From assembly GCA_045862895.1 (NCBI GenBank), contig BTUO01000007.1, positions 169,020 to 233,019 on the forward strand: a stretch of DNA of 64,000 nucleotides, read 5' to 3'. The notes under the pieces are model-generated. The model did not search any database. It was not told the DNA's origin and worked only from the letters and a program-made list of their open reading frames with translations. Below are positions 44,676 through 53,136 of this stretch, one piece after another. The number at the start of each line of letters is the position of its first letter. The first letter of the stretch is position 1. Both the position numbers and the translations under genes were made by a program. Source of the stretch: Acidobacteriota bacterium (GTDB taxonomy: Bacteria; Acidobacteriota; Thermoanaerobaculia; Multivoradales; JAGPDF01).

Positions 44676-46307
44676 TCAGAAGTCGAACGCCTCCCACGCG
44701 GCGGTGTCGCCGCTCTCGAAGCCGTCGCCGAAGAGGGCGTCGCGCTCGAAGGCGCCGAGGTCGAGGCCGGTGCCCGCGACGCGCGGGGCGTGGTCGGCGT
44801 CGTAGGCGCCGACCGAGTCGAAGGTCGCGTCGCCGGCGTCGAGCGCCTGCGAGCTCGCCTGCAGATGGAAGTCGCCGGCGCCGGAGGCTTCGAACAGCGG
44901 ATCCGGATCGCCCAGCTCGCCGATCCAGTTGTGCTGGGCGACGCGGTCGAATTCTGGGTCGCCGAGGAGGACCTGGACGTCGTTCGCGGGGCCCGGCCCG
45001 TTGCTCCAGAGGATCGAGTTCTCGAGACGGAGCTCGGCGTCCGTGGACTCCGAGAGCTCGACGCCGACGCCCGCGTGCCCGACCACGGTCAGGTTGCCGG
45101 CGACCAGCGTGCTGCCGGCACCGGATGCCGAGAGGCGGATCCCCTTCGGCGGACCGCCGACCGAGAGCAGGTCGGAGGCGATCAGGGTCGAGCCGTTCGA
45201 GGCCGACAGCAGGCCGACCAACTGCGCGTCGTCGACCCGCGAGAAGCCGTAGGAACGGACGCGGCGGAGGACCAGCGGCGCGGCACCGGTCGATCCGACC
45301 TCGAGCTCGCGGGGCGTGTGGCTCTGCGCCGGGCCGAACAGAGCATCGCCGCCGAGCCGCAGATCCTCGAGCACGACGGATCCGGCCGCGCCGACGCTCG
45401 AGGAGAGGCTGAATCCCGCCGCGCTCACGACGCCGGTCGCTTCGACACCGTTGCCGTCGAGTAGCAGCCGCCGCCCTTCGAATCGCACGGAGTCCGAAAG
45501 CGAGATCCGCATGGCTCCGCCGATCGCGATCGATCCGGGCAACGCCGAGTCCGCCTGGTTGTCGAGAAACGAGACGTTCGACAGGCCGACCACGGTGTTC
45601 TCCTGGGCGATGAGGTCGAGCCCGCCGCCCGCGCACGAGATCCCGACCCCGGGATCGAGCGCGGTCGCGAGATTGTCGAGGAACAGCGTGTCCTCGATCG
45701 AGATCGTCTGACCGGTGCCGCTGTTGAAGATCGAGACCGCGCCGCCGTTGACCGCGCTCGAACCGGTCAGGACCACGTCGCGCAGCGCGAGGCTGGCGCT
45801 CTCGACCCGGATCGCGCCGCCGTGAGCGGGGCTCTCGGCGTGTGCCGAGCCGCCGACGAGGCCGACGTTGCGGACCGCGAGCCGGGCGCCCGCCGTGACC
45901 CGGACGAAACGGTTGGCGCCGAGCAGGTGGATCTCGGCGAAGCCGGCGGCGGGCGCGCCGCGCACGGTGAGATCGATCGCCGCTCCCGTGAGCGTCTCCT
46001 GGCCCTGGTCGAACGCGAAGGGTCCCTCGACCGCGAGCACGATCTCGTCGACCGCGCCGCCGGCGGCGCATTCGTTGACCGCCAGGTCGGTCGCCGCCGC
46101 GCGGATCGCCTCGCGCAGCGAACAGACGCCGTCGACCGCGACCGCGTCCGCGATCGACGTGATCGACCAGCCGGTGGCGTGCGCCGGCGACGCCCCGCCG
46201 AGCAAGGCGACGAGCGCGAGGCCGGCGGACGCCGGCGCGAGAACGCCGGCCGCGGCGAGCGGGTGGATCCGCGAGGACGGCGCGGTACGGACGGACGTGG
46301 ACGACAT
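44676..46307 (-). CDS. secreted CSLREA-domain / beta-helix protein with choice-of-anchor-Q-like segment and FGDGFESG tail
   Basis: DGVCSLREAIRAA, GGAI repeats, GDFHLQASSQALDAG...DLGAFE, tail LFGDGFESGDTAAWEAFDF. Start at 46307 (SD GGAGG) or 46325. Confidence 0.88.
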   Translation of the reverse strand: MSSTSVRTAPSSRIHPLAAAGVLAPASAGLALVALLGGASPAHATGWSITSIADAVAVDGVCSLREAIRAAATDLAVNECAAGGAVDEIVLAVEGPFAFDQGQETLTGAAIDLTVRGAPAAGFAEIHLLGANRFVRVTAGARLAVRNVGLVGGSAHAESPAHGGAIRVESASLALRDVVLTGSSAVNGGAVSIFNSGTGQTISIEDTLFLDNLATALDPGVGISCAGGGLDLIAQENTVVGLSNVSFLDNQADSALPGSIAIGGAMRISLSDSVRFEGRRLLLDGNGVEATGVVSAAGFSLSSSVGAAGSVVLEDLRLGGDALFGPAQSHTPRELEVGSTGAAPLVLRRVRSYGFSRVDDAQLVGLLSASNGSTLIASDLLSVGGPPKGIRLSASGAGSTLVAGNLTVVGHAGVGVELSESTDAELRLENSILWSNGPGPANDVQVLLGDPEFDRVAQHNWIGELGDPDPLFEASGAGDFHLQASSQALDAGDATFDSVGAYDADHAPRVAGTGLDLGAFERDALFGDGFESGDTAAWEAFDF

Positions 46308-46336
46308 CGGACCTCCCGGGAGCATGGTCTCCCTCG

Positions 46337-46366
46337 CTACGCGGGAGGTACGTCGGCGGGGGGACA
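46337..46366 (-). promoter_or_regulatory. candidate ECF-sigma promoter for the CSLREA gene
   Basis: TGTCCC-N17-CGCGTAG on the minus strand. Same architecture as 48108-48137. Confidence 0.5.
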
Positions 46367-46467
46367 GCGCGAGGGGCGGCGGCGGAGGGAGCCCGACCTG
46401 TCCGCGCCGTCGTCCCCGGCGACGACGCGGTCGCGCCCGCCACCGGGGAACGACGTCGGTGACCCGA

Positions 46468-48102
46468 TCAGAAGGCGCCGGCCGACCAGCGCGACGCGAA
46501 GCCGTTCTCGAAACCGTCGCCGAACAGCGAGCCGCGCAGCACGATCTCGGCGCCGGTTCTGGGAGCCTCGCCGGGCACCTGCTCGTCGGGCGCTCCGATC
46601 ACCAGATCGGCGTGACCGTCGCCGTCGAAGTCGCCCGCGGCGAGCGCCCAGCCGAACATCGAGGACTGGTTGAGCGCTCCGGGCAGCCCGCCGACGCCCT
46701 CGAGCACCGTCAGCCGGCGCGAGGTCGTGAGACGCGACGGCGACCCCATCATCGCCGAGACCTGTCCGGCCTCGGCCACCGGCGTGTCCTCGCGTGGCGT
46801 GCCGACCACGAGATCGTCGTAGCCGTCGGCGTCGAAGTCGGCGGCGACCAGGCTGAAGCCGAACAGGTCGTCGGACTCGTCGTGACCGGGGCCGACGAAG
46901 TTGCCCTGCTCCCAGTACTGGGTGCGCGACAGGTCGAAGCGGAAGGGCGAGCCGTAGATCGTGAAGGCGGCGCCGGCGTTGACCAGGACGTTGTTCAGGC
47001 CGAGGTCCTCGAACGGCGCGCCGATCGCCAGATCGTCGTGGCCGTCGCCGTCGAAGTCGCCGGCGGCGAGCTCGAAGCCGAAGGTGTCACCGCTCTCGCT
47101 CAGCCCCCCGATGCTGGTCTCCCACCAGAGGACGTTCTCCGCAAACAGCAGCCCCCACTGGCTGCCGAAGACGACCTGGATCGCCCCTTCGCCGTCCTCG
47201 CCGGGCACGCCGATCGCGAGGTCGTCGTAGCCGTTGGCGTCGAAATCGCCGGTCGCCAGCCCCTCGCCGAAGCGGTCCCCGGGATCGCGCGTGCCGAGCA
47301 GCCCCAGCAGCCCCTGGTACATGTCGTATCCGAGGTAGGGCATCAGGCCACCGACGCCGCCGTGCAGGACGACGACGCTGCCGGCGTCCTCGAAGCCCGA
47401 GCCGGAGACGTAATCGTAGGGGACGCCGACCGCGAGATCGTCGAAGCCGTCGCCGTCGAAGTCGCCGACGGCCAGCGCGCTGCCGAAGCGGTCGAAAGCC
47501 TCCGGAGTGCCGGGAATGTCGAGAGCGGCCTGGCGAAGGAAGTGCTCGCCGACAGTCTGGATCCCCTCCGGCAGCCCGTAGTGGATCGAGACGCCGCCGG
47601 CGTGCTGGGCGCCGGTGTTGTTGCGGGGAACGCCGACGGCGAGGTCGTCGCGACCGTCGCCGTTGAAGTCGCCCGCCGCGAGGCTCAGCCCGAAGACGTC
47701 CTCCGGCTGCGCGGGGTCGGGGCTGCCGACGAACTGCTGGCTGAGCACCGTCGACGCCAACCCGCCAGCCAGCCCCGAGCCGGGTACGCCGAAGCGGACG
47801 ACGACGATGCCGCAGTCGATGCAGCCGCTGCCGACGATGCCGTTGTGGCCGGGGATGCCGGTGGCGAGATCGGCCGCGCCGTCGCCGTTGAAGTCGCCAG
47901 TGGCGAGCGCGAAGCCGAACTGGTCGCCGTGCTCGGGGACGAAGAACAGCAGGTCCTCGTCGCCGAACCACTCGGAGCCGACCGCGGAGAGCCCCACCGC
48001 GAGCGGCTGCCCGGCGGCCGCAGCGGGGGAGGAGAGGGAAGCCAGAGCGGCGATGGCGCCGCCCAGGAGCAGAGGTGCGGAGAGTCGGATGTCGGTTCTC
48101 AT
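46468..48102 (-). CDS. secreted FG-GAP (integrin-alpha-like) 7-repeat propeller protein with FGDGFENG tail
   Basis: Seven FGxxLAxGDFDGDGxDDLAVGxP repeats and a signal peptide. Tail LFGDGFENGFASRWSAGAF. Confidence 0.92.
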   Translation of the reverse strand: MRTDIRLSAPLLLGGAIAALASLSSPAAAAGQPLAVGLSAVGSEWFGDEDLLFFVPEHGDQFGFALATGDFNGDGAADLATGIPGHNGIVGSGCIDCGIVVVRFGVPGSGLAGGLASTVLSQQFVGSPDPAQPEDVFGLSLAAGDFNGDGRDDLAVGVPRNNTGAQHAGGVSIHYGLPEGIQTVGEHFLRQAALDIPGTPEAFDRFGSALAVGDFDGDGFDDLAVGVPYDYVSGSGFEDAGSVVVLHGGVGGLMPYLGYDMYQGLLGLLGTRDPGDRFGEGLATGDFDANGYDDLAIGVPGEDGEGAIQVVFGSQWGLLFAENVLWWETSIGGLSESGDTFGFELAAGDFDGDGHDDLAIGAPFEDLGLNNVLVNAGAAFTIYGSPFRFDLSRTQYWEQGNFVGPGHDESDDLFGFSLVAADFDADGYDDLVVGTPREDTPVAEAGQVSAMMGSPSRLTTSRRLTVLEGVGGLPGALNQSSMFGWALAAGDFDGDGHADLVIGAPDEQVPGEAPRTGAEIVLRGSLFGDGFENGFASRWSAGAF

Positions 48103-48107
48103 GACCA

Positions 48108-48137
48108 CTACGCGCGACGCGCCGACGCCGCGGCTCA
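48108..48137 (-). promoter_or_regulatory. candidate ECF-sigma promoter for the FG-GAP gene (leaderless)
   Basis: TGAGCC-N17-CGCGTAG on the minus strand, ending 5 nt before ATG 48102. Confidence 0.5.
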
Positions 48138-48191
48138 CGGCGTGACCGGCGCCGCGGCGGGCGCGGTCGGCCGGGGGTACACTCGCCGGAC

Positions 48192-48764
48192 ATGTCCCCC
48201 CGGAAAGGGCCGGCCGAGGACGTCACCACCCTGCTGCGCGCCTGGCGCGCCGGCGACGCCGGCGCGCGCGACCTGCTGCTCGAGCGCGTCTACGCCGACC
48301 TCAAGCGGATCGCGGCGGCGCAGATGCGGGGCGAGCGGGTCGGGCACACGCTCGAGCCGACCGCGCTGGTGCACGAGAGCTTCCTGCGCCTGATCGGTCA
48401 GGCCGCGGTCGACTGGCGCGACCGCGCGCACTTCTTCGGACTCGCCGCGGCGATGATGCGCCGCGTCCTGGTCGACCACGCCCGCCGCCGCCTCGCGCGC
48501 AAACGTCGCTCCGACGAACCGCCGCCGATGCTCACCGTCGCCGCTCCGGGGCGGGCGGCGGTCGAGCTGCTCGACCTCGACCGCGCCCTCGAGAAGCTCG
48601 CGAGCGAATCGCCGCGGCCGGCCAAGGTCGTCGAGATGCGCTACTTCGGCGGGCTCGAGATCGAGGAGGTGGCCGCCTGCCTCGAGGTCTCACCGGCCAC
48701 GGTCAAGCGCGACTGGGACTACGCCCGCGCGTGGATCGGCGCCGAGCTGCGTCCCGCGCCGTGA
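48192..48764 (+). CDS. ECF sigma factor, TIGR02999/ECF43 type (kinase-associated)
   Basis: VTTLLRAWRAGD, HTLEPTALVHESFLRL, MRRVLVDHAR, VVEMRYFGGL, TVKRDW. No anti-sigma; overlaps a kinase gene. Confidence 0.93.
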   Translation: MSPRKGPAEDVTTLLRAWRAGDAGARDLLLERVYADLKRIAAAQMRGERVGHTLEPTALVHESFLRLIGQAAVDWRDRAHFFGLAAAMMRRVLVDHARRRLARKRRSDEPPPMLTVAAPGRAAVELLDLDRALEKLASESPRPAKVVEMRYFGGLEIEEVAACLEVSPATVKRDWDYARAWIGAELRPAP

Positions 48765-51463
48765 GTCGCGAGACGCTGCGCGACCTGTTCGAGCGCGCCC
48801 GCGGCCTCGCGGCCGGCGAGCGCGAGCGGCTCCTCGCCGAGGTCGAGCAGGGCGGACATCCGCATGCCGCCGAGCTGCGCCGCCTGCTCGCCGCCGCGGA
48901 GGCCCCCGCTTCCCCGCTCGACGCGGACCCCTTCGGCGTGCTCGAGGACGAGGTCCCGCCGACGCGCATCGGCCCGTTCCGGATCCTCTCCGAGCTCGGA
49001 CGCGGTGGCATGGGCCGCGTCTACCTCGCCGAGCAGACCGGGGACGGCTTCCGGCGCCAGGTCGCGCTCAAGGTCATCGCCAGAGGCGCCCGCGCCGACA
49101 TCGAGCGCCGCGCGCGCGACGAGCAGCGGATCCTCGCCGCGCTCGAGCACCCGGGCATCGCCCGCTTCTACGACGCCGGCCGGACCGCCGACGGCGACTG
49201 GTACCTGGCGCTCGAGTACGTCGAGGGCAGCGACCTGCTCGACCACGTCCGCGCGCAGGCGCTGCCGCTCGCCGACCGGCTCCGCCTGCTGCGCGACGTC
49301 GCCGAGGCGGTCGCCTACGCCCACGCGCGCGGCGTGGTCCATCGCGACCTGAAGCCGGGCAACATCCTGGTTTCGGCCGACGGCCGGCCGCGCCTGCTCG
49401 ACTTCGGCATCGCCAAGCTGGTCGAGCCCGGCCCCGAGCCGGGTCCGAGCGTGACGCGCACCGGGTTCCGCGCGATGACGCCGGCCTACGCGAGCCCCGA
49501 GCAGTTCCGCGGCGAGCCGGTGACGATCGCCTCCGACGTCTTCTCGCTCGGCGTCGTGCTCTACGAGCTGGTGGCGGGTGTGCGACCCTTCGCCCCCCGC
49601 GCCCTCTCGGCGAGCGAGGTCGAGCGCGCGGTCCTCGCCGGCGACCCCGAGCTGCCTTCGACCGTCGCGCGCCGCACCACCACGATCGAGTCGGTCGATC
49701 GCCCGGCGACCGCCGGCCACCGCCGCCGCTGGACGGCCGGGATGCGCCGCGATCTCGACGCCATCTGTCTCAAGGCGCTCGCCAAACGCCCTGCGGATCG
49801 CTACCCGTCGGCGGCCGAGCTCGCCGCCGACCTCTCGGCGCTGCTCGACGGGCGACCGGTGGCGGCGCGTGGCAGCGGCGGGCTCTACCGCCTCTCCCGG
49901 CTCGTCCGGCGCCACCGTGCCGAGCTGACCGCCGCGACGGCGATCGCGGTCGCGATCGGCGCGCTCCTGTTCGCCCTGGCGCCGCGCTCCGGCGGGCGAG
50001 CCGCGAGCGGCACACCGGTCGCGCGCGCGCCGTTCTCCACGCGCGCGGCCGACGCGCTGTCGCTCGACGAGCTGCGGCGGCGATTCGCCGCCGCGCCGGG
50101 CGACGCCGTCGCCGGTGCCCTGCTGGCGACCGCGCTCGCCAGTCGCGGCGAAGGTTCGGAGGCCGCGATCGTGGTCGGGCGGCTGCGCCAGCTCCCCGCG
50201 GCGGCGGACGACCCGATCGTCGACTACGCGGAAGCCGTCGTCGCGACCCACCTCGACGAGCCCCAGCGGGCGCTCGCGCTGTTCGATCGCGCGCTCGGGC
50301 GCGCGGCCGAGGCCGGGCGCCCGGAGCTCATCGCCCGCCTCCGCCTGGGTCGCGCGCGATCGCACTCCGACCTCGGCCAGACCGCCGAGGCGATCCGCGA
50401 CCTCGAGGAGTCGATCGCGGAGGCGCGACGCACGGGCGAGGACTCGACGCTCGCGGTCGCGCTCAACGATCTGGCGGTCGAGCGCTTGATGGCGGGCGAC
50501 TGGTCCGAGGGCGAGCGCCTCCTGGTCGACGCGCTCGAGGCCGCCCGCGCGGTCGACGACCGGCCGCGCATCGGCCTGATCCTGCAGAACCTCGGCGGCC
50601 TGGCTTTCCAGCGCGGCCGGCCCGACCTCGCCGAGGAACGGCTGCGCGAAGCGATCGTGGCCCACGACGCGCTCGGCCGCGAGCGCCACGCCGCGACCAC
50701 CCGCGCCGACCTGTCGCAGGCGGTGCGCGACCAGGGGCGCGCCGGTGAGGCCGAGGGACTGCTCGGGGACGCGGTCTCGGTGTTGCGGCGGATCGGGCAC
50801 GAGACTTCGCTCGCCTACGCGCTCGCGGCGCTCGGCGAGGTCGCCGTCGCCCGCCTCGATCCGGACCAGGCCGAGCGTCTCGCCGCGGAGATCGAAGCGG
50901 GAGCGCGGACCAGCGGCAATCCATCGAGCCTCGGCCTCGCCGAGCGGTTGCGGGCGCTGGCCGCCGCGTCGAAGGGGGACCTCGAATCCGCGCGCGGCCG
51001 ATTCGAGCGCTCGCGCCGCCTGTTCGTCGACAGCGGCAACCTCGACCTCGCCGCCGAAACCGCCGTCGCCCACGCCACCGAAGAGCTCGACGCGGGCCAT
51101 CTCGATCGCGCCGCGGCACTGCTCGAACCCGGCGCTCCGGACTTCGTGGCGGCCCCCGCCGACGGCAACGCCGCGTTCGTCGCCGCGACCCTGCGCGCCC
51201 GGATCGCCGCCGCCTCGGGTCGCGTGGCGGAGGGGAACCGGCAGCTCGAGCCGCTCGGCGACGGCGCGAGCGCGCCGAGCCTCGCGCGACGGATCCACTA
51301 CCGGCGCGCGCGCGCCGCCCTGGCGACGGCGGCGGGGCGCACCGCCGACGCGCGGGCCGATCTCGATGCCGCGCGCTCCGACGCGCTCGCCCTCGACCAC
51401 CGCCGCCTCGCCGCGCGTCTCGAGGCCGACCTCGCGACGGGACGGGTGCGAGGACGGCCCTGA
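48761..51463 (+). CDS. membrane Ser/Thr protein kinase with extracytoplasmic TPR domain, cognate to the ECF sigma
   Basis: GTG overlaps the sigma stop (GTGA). LGRGGMGRVY, VALK, HRDLKPGN, DFG, TPAYASPEQ, TM, TPRs. Confidence 0.92.
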   Translation: MSRETLRDLFERARGLAAGERERLLAEVEQGGHPHAAELRRLLAAAEAPASPLDADPFGVLEDEVPPTRIGPFRILSELGRGGMGRVYLAEQTGDGFRRQVALKVIARGARADIERRARDEQRILAALEHPGIARFYDAGRTADGDWYLALEYVEGSDLLDHVRAQALPLADRLRLLRDVAEAVAYAHARGVVHRDLKPGNILVSADGRPRLLDFGIAKLVEPGPEPGPSVTRTGFRAMTPAYASPEQFRGEPVTIASDVFSLGVVLYELVAGVRPFAPRALSASEVERAVLAGDPELPSTVARRTTTIESVDRPATAGHRRRWTAGMRRDLDAICLKALAKRPADRYPSAAELAADLSALLDGRPVAARGSGGLYRLSRLVRRHRAELTAATAIAVAIGALLFALAPRSGGRAASGTPVARAPFSTRAADALSLDELRRRFAAAPGDAVAGALLATALASRGEGSEAAIVVGRLRQLPAAADDPIVDYAEAVVATHLDEPQRALALFDRALGRAAEAGRPELIARLRLGRARSHSDLGQTAEAIRDLEESIAEARRTGEDSTLAVALNDLAVERLMAGDWSEGERLLVDALEAARAVDDRPRIGLILQNLGGLAFQRGRPDLAEERLREAIVAHDALGRERHAATTRADLSQAVRDQGRAGEAEGLLGDAVSVLRRIGHETSLAYALAALGEVAVARLDPDQAERLAAEIEAGARTSGNPSSLGLAERLRALAAASKGDLESARGRFERSRRLFVDSGNLDLAAETAVAHATEELDAGHLDRAAALLEPGAPDFVAAPADGNAAFVAATLRARIAAASGRVAEGNRQLEPLGDGASAPSLARRIHYRRARAALATAAGRTADARADLDAARSDALALDHRRLAARLEADLATGRVRGRP

Positions 51464-51520
51464 TAGGATCAGAATCGCTGCGGCGGCTCCGGTCGCCCCG
51501 GCTCCCCTGAGACCGAGACC

Positions 51521-53110
51521 ATGAACTCCCTCGCGGCCGAGGCCGCCCGCCGGCGCACGTTCGCCATCATCAGCCACCCGGACGCGGGCAAGACGACGCT
51601 GACCGAAAAGCTCCTGCTGTTCGGCGGCGCCATCCAGCTCGCCGGCGCGGTCAAGGCCCGCGGCGACGCCCGCCGCGCGCGTTCCGACTGGATGAAGGTC
51701 GAGCAGGAGCGCGGCATCTCGGTCACCGCCTCGGTGATGACCTTCGAGTGGGGCGACTGCGTCTTCAACCTGCTCGACACTCCGGGGCACCAGGACTTCT
51801 CCGAGGACACCTACCGGACGCTCACCGCGGTCGATTCCGCGGTGATGGTGATCGACGCCGCCAAGGGCATCGAGACCCAGACCCGCAAGCTGTTCGAGGT
51901 CTGCCGCCTGCGCGACGTGCCGATCGTCACCTTCGTCAACAAGCTCGACCGCGAGGGACGCGATCCGTTCGAGCTGATGGACGAGATCGAGCAGGACCTC
52001 CAGCTCCACGTCACGCCGGCCAACTGGCCGATCGGGATGGGTGCGTCGTTCCGCGGCTGCTACGACCTGCTCGCCGACCGCCTGCTGCTGTTCGATCGCG
52101 GCCAGGGCGCGCGCCGGCCCGATCCGATCGCCTTCCACGGCCTCTCGGACCCCGCGCTCGAGAGCCACCTGCCGCACGGCGCGGTCGAGAAGCTGCGCGA
52201 GGACGCCCACCTCGCCTCCTCGCTGTGCCCGGCCTTCGACCTCGAGGTCTACCGCGAGGGGCACCTGACGCCGGTCTTCTTCGGCTCGGCGCTCCACAAC
52301 TTCGGCGTGCGCGAGCTGATCGAGGCGATCGCCGCGCACGCGCCGTCGCCGCGCCCGCAGAAGACCGCCGAGCGGACGATCGAGCCGACCGAGGAGAAGG
52401 TCGCCGCGTTCGTCTTCAAGATCCAGGCGAACATGGATCCCAAGCACCGCGACCGGATCGCCTTCACCCGCATCTGCTCGGGGCGCTTCGAGCGCGGCCA
52501 ACGCCTGTTCCACCCGCGCTCGGGCAAGTGGATCAACGTCCACACGCCGGTGATGTTCCTCGCCCGCGAGCGCGAGATCGCCGAGGAGGCTTACCCCGGC
52601 GACATCGTCGGCATCCCGAACCACGGCCAGCTCCGGATCGGCGACGCCCTGACCGAGGGCGAGACGCTGCACATCCTCGGCATTCCGTCGTTCGCGCCCG
52701 AGCTGCTGCAGAAGGTGCGCGCCACCGATCCGCTCAAGGCCAAGCACCTCGGCAAGGCGCTCACCCACCTCGCCGAGGAGGGGGCCGCGCAGGTGTTCAA
52801 GACCCGGATCGGCGGCGAGTGGATCGTCGGTGTGGCCGGCGCGCTCCAGTTCGACGTGCTCGCCGACCGCATCCGCACCGAGTACGATCTCTCGGTCGAG
52901 TTCCAGTCGACGACGCTCCACACCGCGCGCTGGCTCGAGGCCGAGGACGCGCGCGAGCTCAAGCGCTTCCTCGAGGCCCACCAGGGCGCGCTCGCCGACG
53001 ACTGGTCCGGATCGCCGGTCTTCCTCGCGGCCAATCCCTACCGGCTGAAGGTCGCCGAGGAGGACTGGCCCAAGGTACGCTTCCTCAAGACCCGCGAGCA
53101 GGCGGCCTGA
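51521..53110 (+). CDS. prfC: peptide chain release factor 3
   Basis: RRTFAIISHPDAGKTTLTEKLLL, DWMKVEQERGISV, DTPGHQDFSEDTYR, NKLD, FKIQANMDPKHRDR. Confidence 0.98.
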   Translation: MNSLAAEAARRRTFAIISHPDAGKTTLTEKLLLFGGAIQLAGAVKARGDARRARSDWMKVEQERGISVTASVMTFEWGDCVFNLLDTPGHQDFSEDTYRTLTAVDSAVMVIDAAKGIETQTRKLFEVCRLRDVPIVTFVNKLDREGRDPFELMDEIEQDLQLHVTPANWPIGMGASFRGCYDLLADRLLLFDRGQGARRPDPIAFHGLSDPALESHLPHGAVEKLREDAHLASSLCPAFDLEVYREGHLTPVFFGSALHNFGVRELIEAIAAHAPSPRPQKTAERTIEPTEEKVAAFVFKIQANMDPKHRDRIAFTRICSGRFERGQRLFHPRSGKWINVHTPVMFLAREREIAEEAYPGDIVGIPNHGQLRIGDALTEGETLHILGIPSFAPELLQKVRATDPLKAKHLGKALTHLAEEGAAQVFKTRIGGEWIVGVAGALQFDVLADRIRTEYDLSVEFQSTTLHTARWLEAEDARELKRFLEAHQGALADDWSGSPVFLAANPYRLKVAEEDWPKVRFLKTREQAA

Positions 53111-53136
53111 ATCCGCCGCGCGGCCGAGGCGCGAGC

